A stretch of DNA of 64,000 nucleotides from Auanema rhodensis. Lineage: Eukaryota; Animalia; Nematoda. The stretch lies in assembly GCA_964057225.1 (NCBI GenBank), contig OZ059898.1, positions 682,001 to 746,000 on the forward strand, read 5' to 3'. Below the pieces are notes generated by a model. That model worked only from the letters and a program-made list of their open reading frames with translations, was not told the origin of the DNA and ran no database searches. Positions 9,101 to 21,764 of the stretch are shown here, one piece after another. A program made the position numbers and the translations under genes. Positions within the stretch are counted from its first letter, which is position 1, and each line of letters opens with the position of its first letter.

Positions 9101-12100
9101 GATCATAACTAATTTTTGTATTAAGCGTTTCTTAATGTCGTATAGTGCATTCGATGCGGATTTTTAAGCTACGTCGATCTGTGTTATCAGATTTGCGCTA
9201 GCTTAAAAATGCACCGGGATATCAACTGATATAAGTTCACACTTATATCCTCGATTTTCACCCTGAAGAATTAATTTTTTCGTTGAATAACATTGACCAT
9301 CGTCTTTGCCTTGAAAAAAGGAATCTAAAAACATCTACTTTTTGCCAAATTATTTTGAAATTTTTCGAAAAAATTTTTGTCAAAATGTTTTTGGAAGCAA
9401 TGTTGAGTGTACATGGAAACTCAACATACACTAATGCATCATTTTTCAAACGATCATAACTAATTTTTGTATTAAGCGTTTCTCAATGTCGTATAGTGCA
9501 TTCTATGCGGATTTTTAAGCTGCGTCGATCTGTGTTATCAGATTTGCGCTAGCTTAAAAATGCACCGAGATATCAACTGATATAAGTTCACACTTATATC
9601 CTCGCTTTTCACCCTGAAGAATTAATTTTTTTGTTGAATAACATTGTCCATCGTCTTTGCCTTGAAAAAAGGAATCTAAAAACATCTACTTTTTGCTAAA
9701 TTATTTTGAAATTTTTCGAAAAAATTTTTGTCAAAATGTTTTTGGAAGCAATGTTGAGTGTACATGGAAACTCAACATACACTAATGCATCATTTTTCAA
9801 ACGATCATAACTAATTTTTGTATTAAGCGTTTCTCAATGTAGTATAGTGCATTCGATGCGGATTTTTAAGCTGCGTCGATCTGTGTTATCAGATTTGCGC
9901 TAGCTTAAAAATGCACCGGGATATCAACTGATATAAGTTCACACTTATATCCTCGATTTTCACCCTGAAGAATTGATTTTTTTGTTGAATAACATTGTCC
10001 ATCGTCTTTGCCTTGAAAAAAGGAATCTAAAAACATCTACTTTTTGCCAAATTATTTTGAAATTTTTCGAAAAAATTTTTGTCAAAATGTTTTTGGAAGC
10101 AATGTTGAGTGTACATGGAAACTCAACATACACTAATGCATCATTTTTCAAACGATCATAACTAATTTTTGTATTGAGCGTTTCTCAATGTCGTATAGTG
10201 CATTCGATGCGGATTTTTAAGCTGCGTCGATCTTTGTTATCAGATTTGCGCTAGCTTAAAAATGCACCGAGATATCAACTGATTCACACTTATATCCTCG
10301 ATTTTCACCCTGAAGAATTAATTTTTTCGTTGAATAACATTGTCCATCGTCTTTGCCTTGAAAAAAGAAATCTAAAAACATCTACTTTTTGCTAAATTAT
10401 TTTGAAATTTTTCGAAAAAAATTTTTGTCAAAATGTTTTTGGAAGCAATGTTGAGTGTACATGGAAACTCAACATACACTAATGCATCATTTTTCAAACG
10501 ATCATAACTAATTTTTGTATTAAGCGTTTCTCAATGTAGTATAGTGCATTCGATGCGGATTTTTAAGCTGCGTCGATCTGTGTTATCAGATTTGCGCTAG
10601 CTTAAAAATGCACCGAGATATCAACTGATATAAGTTCACACTTATATCCTCGATTTTCACCCTGAAGAATTAATTTTTTTGTTGAATAACATTGTCCATC
10701 GTCTTTGCCTTGAAAAAAGGAATCTAAAAACATCTACTTTTTGCTAAATTATTTTGAAATTTTTCGAAAAAATTTTTGTCAAAATGTTTTTGGAAGCAAT
10801 GTTGAGTGTACATGGAAACTCAACATACACTAATGCATCATTTTTCCAACGATCATAACTAATTTTTGTATTAAGCGTTTCTCAATGTCGTATAGTGCAT
10901 TCGATGCGGATTTTTAAGCTGCGTCGATCTGTGTTATCAGATTTGCGCTAGCTTAAAAATGCACCGAGATATCAACTGATATAAGTTCACACTTATATCC
11001 TCGATTTTCACCCTGAAGAATTAATTTTTTTGTTGAATAACATTGTCCATCGTCTTTGCCTTGAAAAAAGGAATCTAAAAACATCTACTTTTTGCCAAAT
11101 TATTTTGAAATTTTTCGAAAAAATTTTTGTCAAAATGTTTTTGGAAGCAATGTTGAGTGTACATGGAAACTCAACATACACTAATGCATCATTTTTCAAA
11201 CGATCATAACTAATTTTTGTATTGAGCGTTTCTCAATGTCGTATAGTGCATTCGATGCGGATTTTTAAGCTGCGTCGATCTGTGTTATCAGATTTGCGCT
11301 AGCTTAAAAATGCACCGAGATATCAACTGATATAAGTTCACACTTATATCCTCGATTTTCACCCTGAAGAATTAATTTTTTTGTTGAATAACATTGTCCA
11401 TCGTCTTTGCCTTGAAAAAAGGAATCTAAAAACATCTACTTTTTGCTAAATTATTTTGAAATTTTTCGAAAAAATTTTTGTCAAAATGTTTTTGGAAGCA
11501 ATGTTGAGTGTACATGGAAACTCAACATACACTAATGCATCATTTTTCAAACGATCATAACTAATTTTTGTATTAAGCGTTTCTCAATGTCGTATAGTGC
11601 ATTCGATGCGGATTTTTCAGCTGCGTCGATCTGTGTTATCAGATTTGCGCTAGCTTAAAAATGCACCGAGATATCAACTGATATAAGTTCACACATATAT
11701 CCTCGATTTTCACCCTGAAGAATTAATTTTTTCGTTGAATAACATTGTCCATCGTCTTTGCCTTGAAAAAGGGAATCTAAAAACATCTACTTTTTGCTAA
11801 ATTATTTTGAAATTTTTCGAAAAAATTTTTGTCAGAATGTTTTTGGAAGCAATGTTGAGTGTACATGGAAACTCAACATACACTAATGCATCATTTTTCA
11901 AACGATCATAACTAATTTTTGTATTAAGCGTTTCTCAATGTAGTATAGTGCATTCGATGCGGATTTTTAAGCTGCGTCGTTCTGTGTTATCAGATTTGCG
12001 CTAGCTTAAAAATGCACCGAGATATCAACTGATATAAGTTCACACTTATATCCTCGATTTTCACCCTGAAGAATTAATTTTTTTGTTGAATAACATTGTC

Positions 12101-15100
12101 CATCGTCTTTGCCTTGAAAAAAGGAATCTAAAAACATCTACTTTTTGCTAAATTATTTTGAAATTTTTCGAAAAAATTTTTGTCAAAATGTTTTTGGAAG
12201 CAATGTTGAGTGTACATGGAAACTCAACATACACTAATGCATCATTTTTCAAACGATCATAACTAATTTTTGTATTAAGCGTTTCTCAATGTAGTATAGT
12301 GCATTCGATGCGGATTTTTAAGCTGCGTCGATCTGTGTTATCAGATTTGCGCTAGCTTAAAAATGCACCGAGATATCAACTGATATAAGTTCACACTTAT
12401 ATCCTCGATTTTCACCCTGAAGAATTAATTTTTTCGTTGAATAACATTGTCCATCGTCTTTGCCTTGAAAAAAGAAATCTAAAAACATCTACTTTTTGCT
12501 AAATTATTTTGAAATTTTTCGAAAAAATTTTTGTCAAAATGTTTTTGGAAGCAATGTTGAGTGTACATGGAAACTCAACATACACTAATGCATCATTTTT
12601 CAAACGATCATAACTAATTTTTGTATTAAGCGTTTCTCAATGTAGTATAGTGCATTCGATGCGGATTTTTAAGCTGCGTCGATCTGTGTTATCAGATTTG
12701 CGCTAGCTTAAAAATGCACCGAGATATTAACTGATATAAGTTCACACTTATATCCTCGATTTTCACCCTGAAGAATTAATTTTTTTGTTGAATAACATTG
12801 TCCATCGTCTTTGCCTTGAAAAAAGGAATCTAAAAACATCTACTTTTTGCTAAATTATTTTGAAATTTTTCGAAAAAATTTTTGTCAAAATGTTTTTGGA
12901 AGCAATGTTGAGTGTACATGGAAACTCAACATACACTAATGCATCATTTTTCAAACGATCATAACTAATTTTTGTATTAAGCGTTTCTCAATGTAGTATA
13001 GTGCATTCGATGCGGATTTTTAAGCTGCGTCGATCTGTGTTATCAGATTTGCGCTAGCTTAAAAATGCACCGAGATATTAACTGATATAAGTTCACACTT
13101 ATATCCTCGATTTTCACCCTGAAGAATTAATTTTTTTGTTGAATAACATTGTCCATCGTCTTTGCCTTGAAAAAAGGAATCTAAAAACATCTACTTTTTG
13201 CTAAATTATTTTGAAATTTTTCGAAAAAATTTTTGTCAAAATGTTTTTGGAAGCAATGTTGAGTGTACATGGAAACTCAACATACACTAATGCATCATTT
13301 TTCAAACGATCATAACTAATTTTTGTATTAAGCGTTTCTCAATGTAGTATAGTGCATTCGATGCGGATTTTTAAGCTACGTCGATCTGTGTTATCAGATT
13401 TGCGCTAGCTTAAAAATGCACCGAGATATCAACTGATATAAGTTCACACTTATATCCTCGATTTTCACCCTGAAGAATTAATTTTTTCGTTGAATAACAT
13501 TGTCCATCGTCTTTGCCTTGAAAAAAGGAATCTAAAAACATCTACTTTTTGCTAAATTATTTTGAAATTTTTCGAAAAAATTTTTGTCAAAATGTTTTTG
13601 GAAGCAATGTTGAGTGTACATGGAAACTCAACATACACTAATGCATCATTTTTCAAACGATCATAACTAATTTTTGTATTAAGCGTTTCTCAATGTAGTA
13701 TAGTGCATTCGATGCGGATTTTTAAGCTGCGTCGATCTGTGTTATCAGATTTGCGCTAGCTTAAAAATGCACCGAGATATCAACTGATATAAGTTCACAC
13801 TTATATCCTCGATTTTCACCCTGAAGAATTAATTTTTTCGTTGAATAACATTGTCCATCGTCTTTGCCTTGAAAAAAGGAATCTAAAAACATCTACTTTT
13901 TGCTAAATTATTTTGAAATTTTTCGAAAAAATTTTTGTCAAAATGTTTTTGGAAGCAATGTTGAGTGTACATGGAAACTCAACATACACTAATGCATCAT
14001 TTTTCAAACGATCATAACTAATTTTTGTATTAAGCGTTTCTCAATGTAGTATAGTGCATTCGATGCGGATTTTTAAGCTGCGTCGATCTGTGTTATCAGA
14101 TTTGCGCTAGCTTAAAAATGCACCGAGATATCAACTGATATAAGTTCACACATATATCCTCGATTTTCACCCTGAAGAATTAATTTTTTCGTTGAATAAC
14201 ATTGTCCATCGTCTTTGCCTTGAAAAAAGGAATCTAAAAACATCTACTTTTTGCTAAATTATTTTGAAATTTTTCGAAAAAATTTTTGTCAAAATGTTTT
14301 TGGAAGCAATGTTGAGTGTACATGGAAACTCAACATACACTAATGCATCATTTTTCAAACGATCATAACTAATTTTTGTATTAAGCGTTTCTCAATGTCG
14401 TATAGTGCATTCGATGCGGATTTTTAAGCTGCGTCGATCTGTGTTATCAGATTTGCGCTAGCTTAAAAATGCACCGAGATATCAACTGATATAAGTTCAC
14501 ACATATATCCTCGATTTTCACCCTGAAGAATTAATTTTTTCGTTGAATAACATTGTCCATCGTCTTTGCCTTGAAAAAGGGAATCTAAAAACATCTACTT
14601 TTTGCTAAATTATTTTGAAATTTTTCGAAAAAATTTTTGTCAAAATGTTTTTGGAAGCAATGTTGAGTGTACATGGAAACTCAACATACACTAATGCATC
14701 ATTTTTCAAACGATCATAACTAATTTTTGTATTAAGCGTTTCTCAATGTAGTATAGTGCATTCGATGCGGATTTTTAAGCTGCGTCGATCTGTGTTATCA
14801 GATTTGCGCTAGCTTAAAAATGCACCGAGATATCAACTGATATAAGTTCACACATATATCCTCGATTTTCACCCTGAAGAATTAATTTTTTCGTTGAATA
14901 ACATTGTCCATCGTCTTTGCCTTGAAAAAGGGAATCTAAAAACATCTACTTTTTGCTAAATTATTTTGAAATTTTTCGAAACAATTTTTGTCAAAATGTT
15001 TTTGGAAGCAATGTTGAGTGTACATGGAAACTCAACATACACTAATGCATCATTTTTCAAACGATCATAACTAATTTTTGTATTAAGCGTTTCTCAATGT

Positions 15101-18100
15101 AGTATAGTGCATTCGATGCGGATTTTTAAGCTGCGTCGATCTGTGTTATCAGATTTGCGCTAGCTTAAAAATGCACCGAGATATCAACTGATATAAGTTC
15201 ACACTTATATCCTCGATTTTCACCCTGAAGAATTAATTTTTTCGTTGAATAACATTGTCCATCGTCTTTGCCTTGAAAAAAGGAATCTAAAAACATCTAC
15301 TTTTTGCTAAATTATTTTGAAATTTTTCGAAAAAATTTTTGTCAAAATGTTTTTGGAAGCAATGTTGAGTGTACATGGAAACTCAACATACACTAATGCA
15401 TCATTTTTCAAACGATCATAACTAATTTTTGTATTAAGTGTTTCTCAATGTAGTATAGTGCATTCGATGCGGATTTTTAAGCTGCGTCGATCTGTGTTAT
15501 CAGATTTGCGCTAGCTTAAAAATGCACCGAGATATCAACTGATATAAGTTCACACTTATATCCTCGATTTTCACCCTGAAGAATTAATTTTTTCGTTGAA
15601 TAACATTGTCCATCGTCTTTGCCTTGAAAAAAGGAATCTAAAAACATCTACTTTTTGCTAAATTATTTTGAAATTTTTCGAAAAAATTTTTGTCAAAATG
15701 TTTTTGGAAGCAATGTTGAGTGTACATGGAAACTCAACATACACTAATGCATCATTTTTCAAACGATCATAACTAATTTTTGTATTAAGCGTTTCTCAAT
15801 GTAGTATAGTGCATTCGATGCGGATTTTTAAGCTGCGTCGATCTGTGTTATCAGATTTGCGCTAGCTTAAAAATGCACCGAGATATCAACTGATATAAGT
15901 TCACACATATATCCTCGATTTTCACCCTGAAGAATTAATTTTTTCGTTGAATAACATTGTCCATCGTCTTTGCCTTGAAAAAAGGAATCTAAAAACATCT
16001 ACTTTTTGCTAAATTATTTTGAAATTTTTCGAAAAAATTTTTGTCAAAATGTTTTTGGAAGCAATGTTGAGTGTACATGGAAACTCAACATACACTAATG
16101 CATCATTTTTCAAACGATCATAACTAATTTTTGTATTAAGCGTTTCTCAATGTAGTATAGTGCATTCGATGCGGATTTTTAAGCTGCGTCGATCTGTGTT
16201 ATCAGATTTGCGCTAGCTTAGAAATGCACCGAGATATCAACTGATATAAGTTCACACTTATATCCTCGATTTTCACCCTGAAGAATTAATTTTTTCGTTG
16301 AATAACATTGTCCATCGTCTTTGCCTTGAAAAAAGGAATCTAAAAACATCTACTTTTTGCTAAATTATTTTGAAATTTTTCGAAAAAATTTTTGTCAAAA
16401 TGTTTTTGGAAGCAATGTTGAGTGTACATGGAAACTCAACATACACTAATGCATCATTTTTCAAACGATCATAACTAATTTTTGTATTAAGCGTTTCTCA
16501 ATGTAGTATAGTGCATTCGATGCGGATTTTTAAGCTGCGTCGATCTGTGTTATCAGATTTGCGCTAGCTTAAAAATGCACCGAGATATCAACTGATATAA
16601 GTTCACACATATATCCTCGATTTTCACCCTGAAGAATTAATTTTTTCGTTGAATAACATTGTCCATCGTCTTTGCCTTGAAAAAGGGAATCTAAAAACAT
16701 CTACTTTTTGCTAAATTATTTTGAAATTTTTCGAAAAAATTTTTGTCAGAATGTTTTTGGAAGCAATGTTGAGTGTACATGGAAACTCAACATACACTAA
16801 TGCATCATTTTTCAAACGATCATAACTAATTTTTGTATTAAGCGTTTCTCAATGTAGTATAGTGCATTCGATGCGGATTTTTAAGCTGCGTCGTTCTGTG
16901 TTATCAGATTTGCGCTAGCTTAAAAATGCACCGAGATATCAACTGATATAAGTTCACACTTATATCCTCGATTTTCACCCTGAAGAATTAATTTTTTTGT
17001 TGAATAACATTGTCCATCGTCTTTGCCTTGAAAAAAGGAATCTAAAAACATCTACTTTTTGCTAAATTATTTTGAAATTTTTCGAAAAAATTTTTGTCAA
17101 AATGTTTTTGGAAGCAATGTTGAGTGTACATGGAAACTCAACATACACTAATGCATCATTTTTCAAACGATCATAACTAATTTTTGTATTGAGCGTTTCT
17201 CAATGTAGTATAGTGCATTCGATGCGGATTTTTAAGCTGCGTCGATCTGTGTTATCAGATTTGCGCTAGCTTAAAAATGCACCGAGATATCAACTGATAT
17301 AAGTTCACACTTATATCCTCGATTTTCACCCTGAAGAATTAATTTTTTTGTTGAATAACATTGTCCATCGTCTTTGCCTTGAAAAAAGGAATCTAAAAAC
17401 ATCTACTTTTTGCTAAATTATTTTGAAATTTTTCGAAACAATTTTTGTCAAAATGTTTTTGGAAGCAATGTTGAGTGTACATGGAAACTCAACATACACT
17501 AATGCATCATTTTTCCAACGATCATAACTAGTTTTTGTATTAAGCGTTTCTCAATGTAGTATAGTGCATTCGATGCGGATTTTTAAGCTGCGTCGATCTG
17601 TGTTATCAGATTTGCGCTAGCTTAAAAATGCACCGAGATATCAACTGATATAAGTTCACACTTATATCCTCGATTTTCACCCTGAAGAATTAATTTTTTT
17701 GTTGAATAACATTGTCCATCGTCTTTGCCTTGAAAAAAGGAATCTAAAAACATCTACTTTTTGCTAAATTATTTTGAAATTTTTCGAAAAAATTTTTGTC
17801 AAAATGTTTTTGGAAGCAATGTTGAGTGTACATGGAAACTCAACATACACTAATGCATCATTTTTCAAACGATCATAACTAATTTTTGTATTAAGCGTTT
17901 CTCAATGTCGTATAGTGCATTCGATGCGGATTTTTAAGCTGCGTCGATCTGTGTTATCAGATTTGCGCTAGCTTAAAAATGCACCGAGATATCAACTGAT
18001 ATAAGTTCACACATATATCCTCGATTTTCACCCTGAAGAATTAATTTTTTCGTTGAATAACATTGTCCATCGTCTTTGCCTTGAAAAAGGGAATCTAAAA

Positions 18101-21100
18101 ACATCTACTTTTTGCTAAATTATTTTGAAATTTTTCGAAAAAATTTTTGTCAAAATGTTTTTGGAAGCAATGTTGAGTGTACATGGAAACTCAACATACA
18201 CTAATGCATCATTTTTCAAACGATCATAACTAATTTTTGTATTAAGCGTTTCTCAATGTAGTATAGTGCATTCGATGCGGATTTTTAAGCTGCGTCGATC
18301 TGTGTTATCAGATTTGCGCTAGCTTAAAAATGCACCGAGATATCAACTGATATAAGTTCACACATATATCCTCGATTTTCACCCTGAAGAATTAATTTTT
18401 TCGTTGAATAACATTGTCCATCGTCTTTGCCTTGAAAAAGGGAATCTAAAAACATCTACTTTTTGCTAAATTATTTTGAAATTTTTCGAAACAATTTTTG
18501 TCAAAATGTTTTTGGAAGCAATGTTGAGTGTACATGGAAACTCAACATACACTAATGCATCATTTTTCAAACGATCATAACTAATTTTTGTATTAAGCGT
18601 TTCTCAATGTAGTATAGTGCATTCGATGCGGATTTTTAAGCTGCGTCGATCTGTGTTATCAGATTTGCGCTAGCTTAAAAATGCACCGAGATATCAACTG
18701 ATATAAGTTCACACTTATATCCTCGATTTTCACCCTGAAGAATTAATTTTTTCGTTGAATAACATTGTCCATCGTCTTTGCCTTGAAAAAAGGAATCTAA
18801 AAACATCTACTTTTTGCTAAATTATTTTGAAATTTTTCGAAAAAATTTTTGTCAAAATGTTTTTGGAAGCAATGTTGAGTGTACATGGAAACTCAACATA
18901 CACTAATGCATCATTTTTCAAACGATCATAACTAATTTTTGTATTAAGCGTTTCTCAATGTAGTATAGTGCATTCGATGCGGATTTTTAAGCTGCGTCGA
19001 TCTGTGTTATCAGATTTGCGCTAGCTTAAAAATGCACCGAGATATCAACTGATATAAGTTCACACATATATCCTCGATTTTCACCCTGAAGAATTAATTT
19101 TTTCGTTGAATAACATTGTCCATCGTCTTTGCCTTGAAAAAGGGAATCTAAAAACATCTACTTTTTGCTAAATTATTTTGAAATTTTTCGAAAAAATTTT
19201 TGTCAGAATGTTTTTGGAAGCAATGTTGAGTGTACATGGAAACTCAACATACACTAATGCATCATTTTTCAAACGATCATAACTAATTTTTGTATTAAGC
19301 GTTTCTCAATGTAGTATAGTGCATTCGATGCGGATTTTTAAGCTGCGTCGTTCTGTGTTATCAGATTTGCGCTAGCTTAAAAATGCACCGAAATATCAAC
19401 TGATATAAGTTCACACTTATATCCTCGATTTTCACCCTGAAGAATTAATTTTTTTGTTGAATAACATTGTCCATCGTCTTTGCCTTGAAAAAAGGAATCT
19501 AAAAACATCTACTTTTTGCTAAATTATTTTGAAATTTTTCGAAAAAATTTTTGTCAAAATGTTTTTGGAAGCAATGTTGAGTGTACATGGAAACTCAACA
19601 TACACTAATGCATCATTTTTCAAACGATCATAACTAATTTTTGTATTGAGCGTTTCTCAATGTAGTATAGTGCATTCGATGCGGATTTTTAAGCTGCGTC
19701 GATCTGTGTTATCAGATTTGCGCTAGCTTAAAAATGCACCGAGATATCAACTGATATAAGTTCACACTTATATCCTCGATTTTCACCCTGAAGAATTAAT
19801 TTTTTTGTTGAATAACATTGTCCATCGTCTTTGCCTTGAAAAAAGGAATCTAAAAACATCTACTTTTTGCTAAATTATTTTGAAATTTTTCGAAACAATT
19901 TTTGTCAAAATGTTTTTGGAAGCAATGTTGAGTGTACATGGAAACTCAACATACACTAATGCATCATTTTTCAAACGATCATAACTAATTTCTGTATTAA
20001 GCGTTTCTCAATGTCGTATAGTGCATTCGATGCGGATTTTTAAGCTGCGTCGATCTGTTTTATCAGATTTGCGCTAGCTTAAAAATGCACCGAGATATCA
20101 ACTGATATAAGTTCACACATATATCCTCGATTTTCACCCTGAAGAATTAATTTTTTCGTTGAATAACATTGTCCATCGTCTTTGCCTTGAAAAAGGGAAT
20201 CTAAAAACATCTACTTTTTGCTAAATTATTTTGAAATTTTTCGAAAAAATTTTTGTCAGAATGTTTTTGGAAGCAATGTTGAGTGTACATGGAAACTCAA
20301 CATACACTAATGCATCATTTTTCAAACGATCATAACTAATTTTTGTATTAAGCGTTTCTCAATGTAGTATAGTGCATTCGATGCGGATTTTTAAGCTGCG
20401 TCGTTCTGTGTTATCAGATTTGCGCTAGCTTAAAAATGCACCGAGATATCAACTGATATAAGTTCACACTTATATCCTCGATTTTCACCCTGAAGAATTA
20501 ATTTTTTTGTTGAATAACATTGTCCATCGTCTTTGCCTTGAAAAAAGGAATCTAAAAACATCTACTTTTTGCTAAATTATTTTGAAATTTTTCGAAAAAA
20601 TTTTTGTCAAAATGTTTTTGGAAGCAATGTTGAGTGTACATGGAAACTCAACATACACTAATGCATCATTTTTCAAACGATCATAACTAATTTTTGTATT
20701 AAGCGTTTCTCAATGTAGTATAGTGCATTCGATGCGGATTTTTAAGCTGCGTCGATCTGTGTTATCAGATTTGCGCTAGCTTAAAAATGCACCGAGATAT
20801 CAACTGATATAAGTTCACACATATATCCTCAATTTTCACCCTGAAGAATTAATTTTTTCGTTGAATAACATTGTCCATCGTCTTTGCCTTGAAAAAAGGA
20901 ATCTAAAAACATCTACTTTTTGCTAAATTATTTTGAAATTTTTCGAAAAAATTTTTGTCAAAATGTTTTTGGAAGCAATGTTGAGTGTACATGGAAACTC
21001 AACATACACTAATGCATCATTTTTCAAACGATCATAACTAATTTTTGTATTAAGCGTTTCTCAATGTAGTATAGTGCATTCGATGCGGATTTTTAAGCTG

Positions 21101-21764
21101 CGTCGATCTGTGTTATCAGATTTGCGCTAGCTTAAAAATGCACCGAGATATCAACTGATATAAGTTCACACTTATATCCTCGATTTTCACCCTGAAGAAT
21201 TAATTTTTTTGTTGAATAACATTGTCCATCGTCTTTGCCTTGAAAAAAGGAATCTAAAAACATCTACTTTTTGCTAAATTATTTTGAAATTTTTTGAAAA
21301 AATTTTTGTCAAAATGTTTTTGGAAGTAATGTTGAGTGTACATGGAAACTCAACATACACTAATGCATCATTTTTCAAACGATCATAACTAATTTTTGTA
21401 TTAAGCGTTTCTCAATGTCGTATAGTGCATTCGATGCGGATTTTTAAGCTGCGTCGATCTGTGTTATCAGATTTGCGCTAGCTTAAAAATGCACCGAGAT
21501 ATCAACTGATATAAGTTCACACTTATATCCTCGATTTTCACCCTGAAGAATTAATTTTTTCGTTGAATAACATTGTCCATCGTCTTTGCCTTGAAAAAAG
21601 GAATCTAAAAACATCTACTTTTTGCTAAATTATTTTGAAATTTTTCGAAAAAATTTTTGTCAAAATGTTTTTGGAAGCAATGTTGAGTGTACATGGAAAC
21701 TCAACATACACTAATGCATCATTTTTCAAACGATCATAACTAATTTTTGTATTAAGCGTTTCTC

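Larger units (their letters stand above)
2468..10532 (+). repeat. 12-monomer-period higher-order duplication (4205-bp offset)
   Basis: 2468-6327 aligns with 6673-10532. Rare variants tatAatgc, cttGttgc, attattCtg, ttcTatgc, cctcgCtt, gaattGa and a 6-bp deletion recur at +4205. The ORF pairs 5053/9258 and 5755/9960 show the same offset. Confidence 0.93.
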
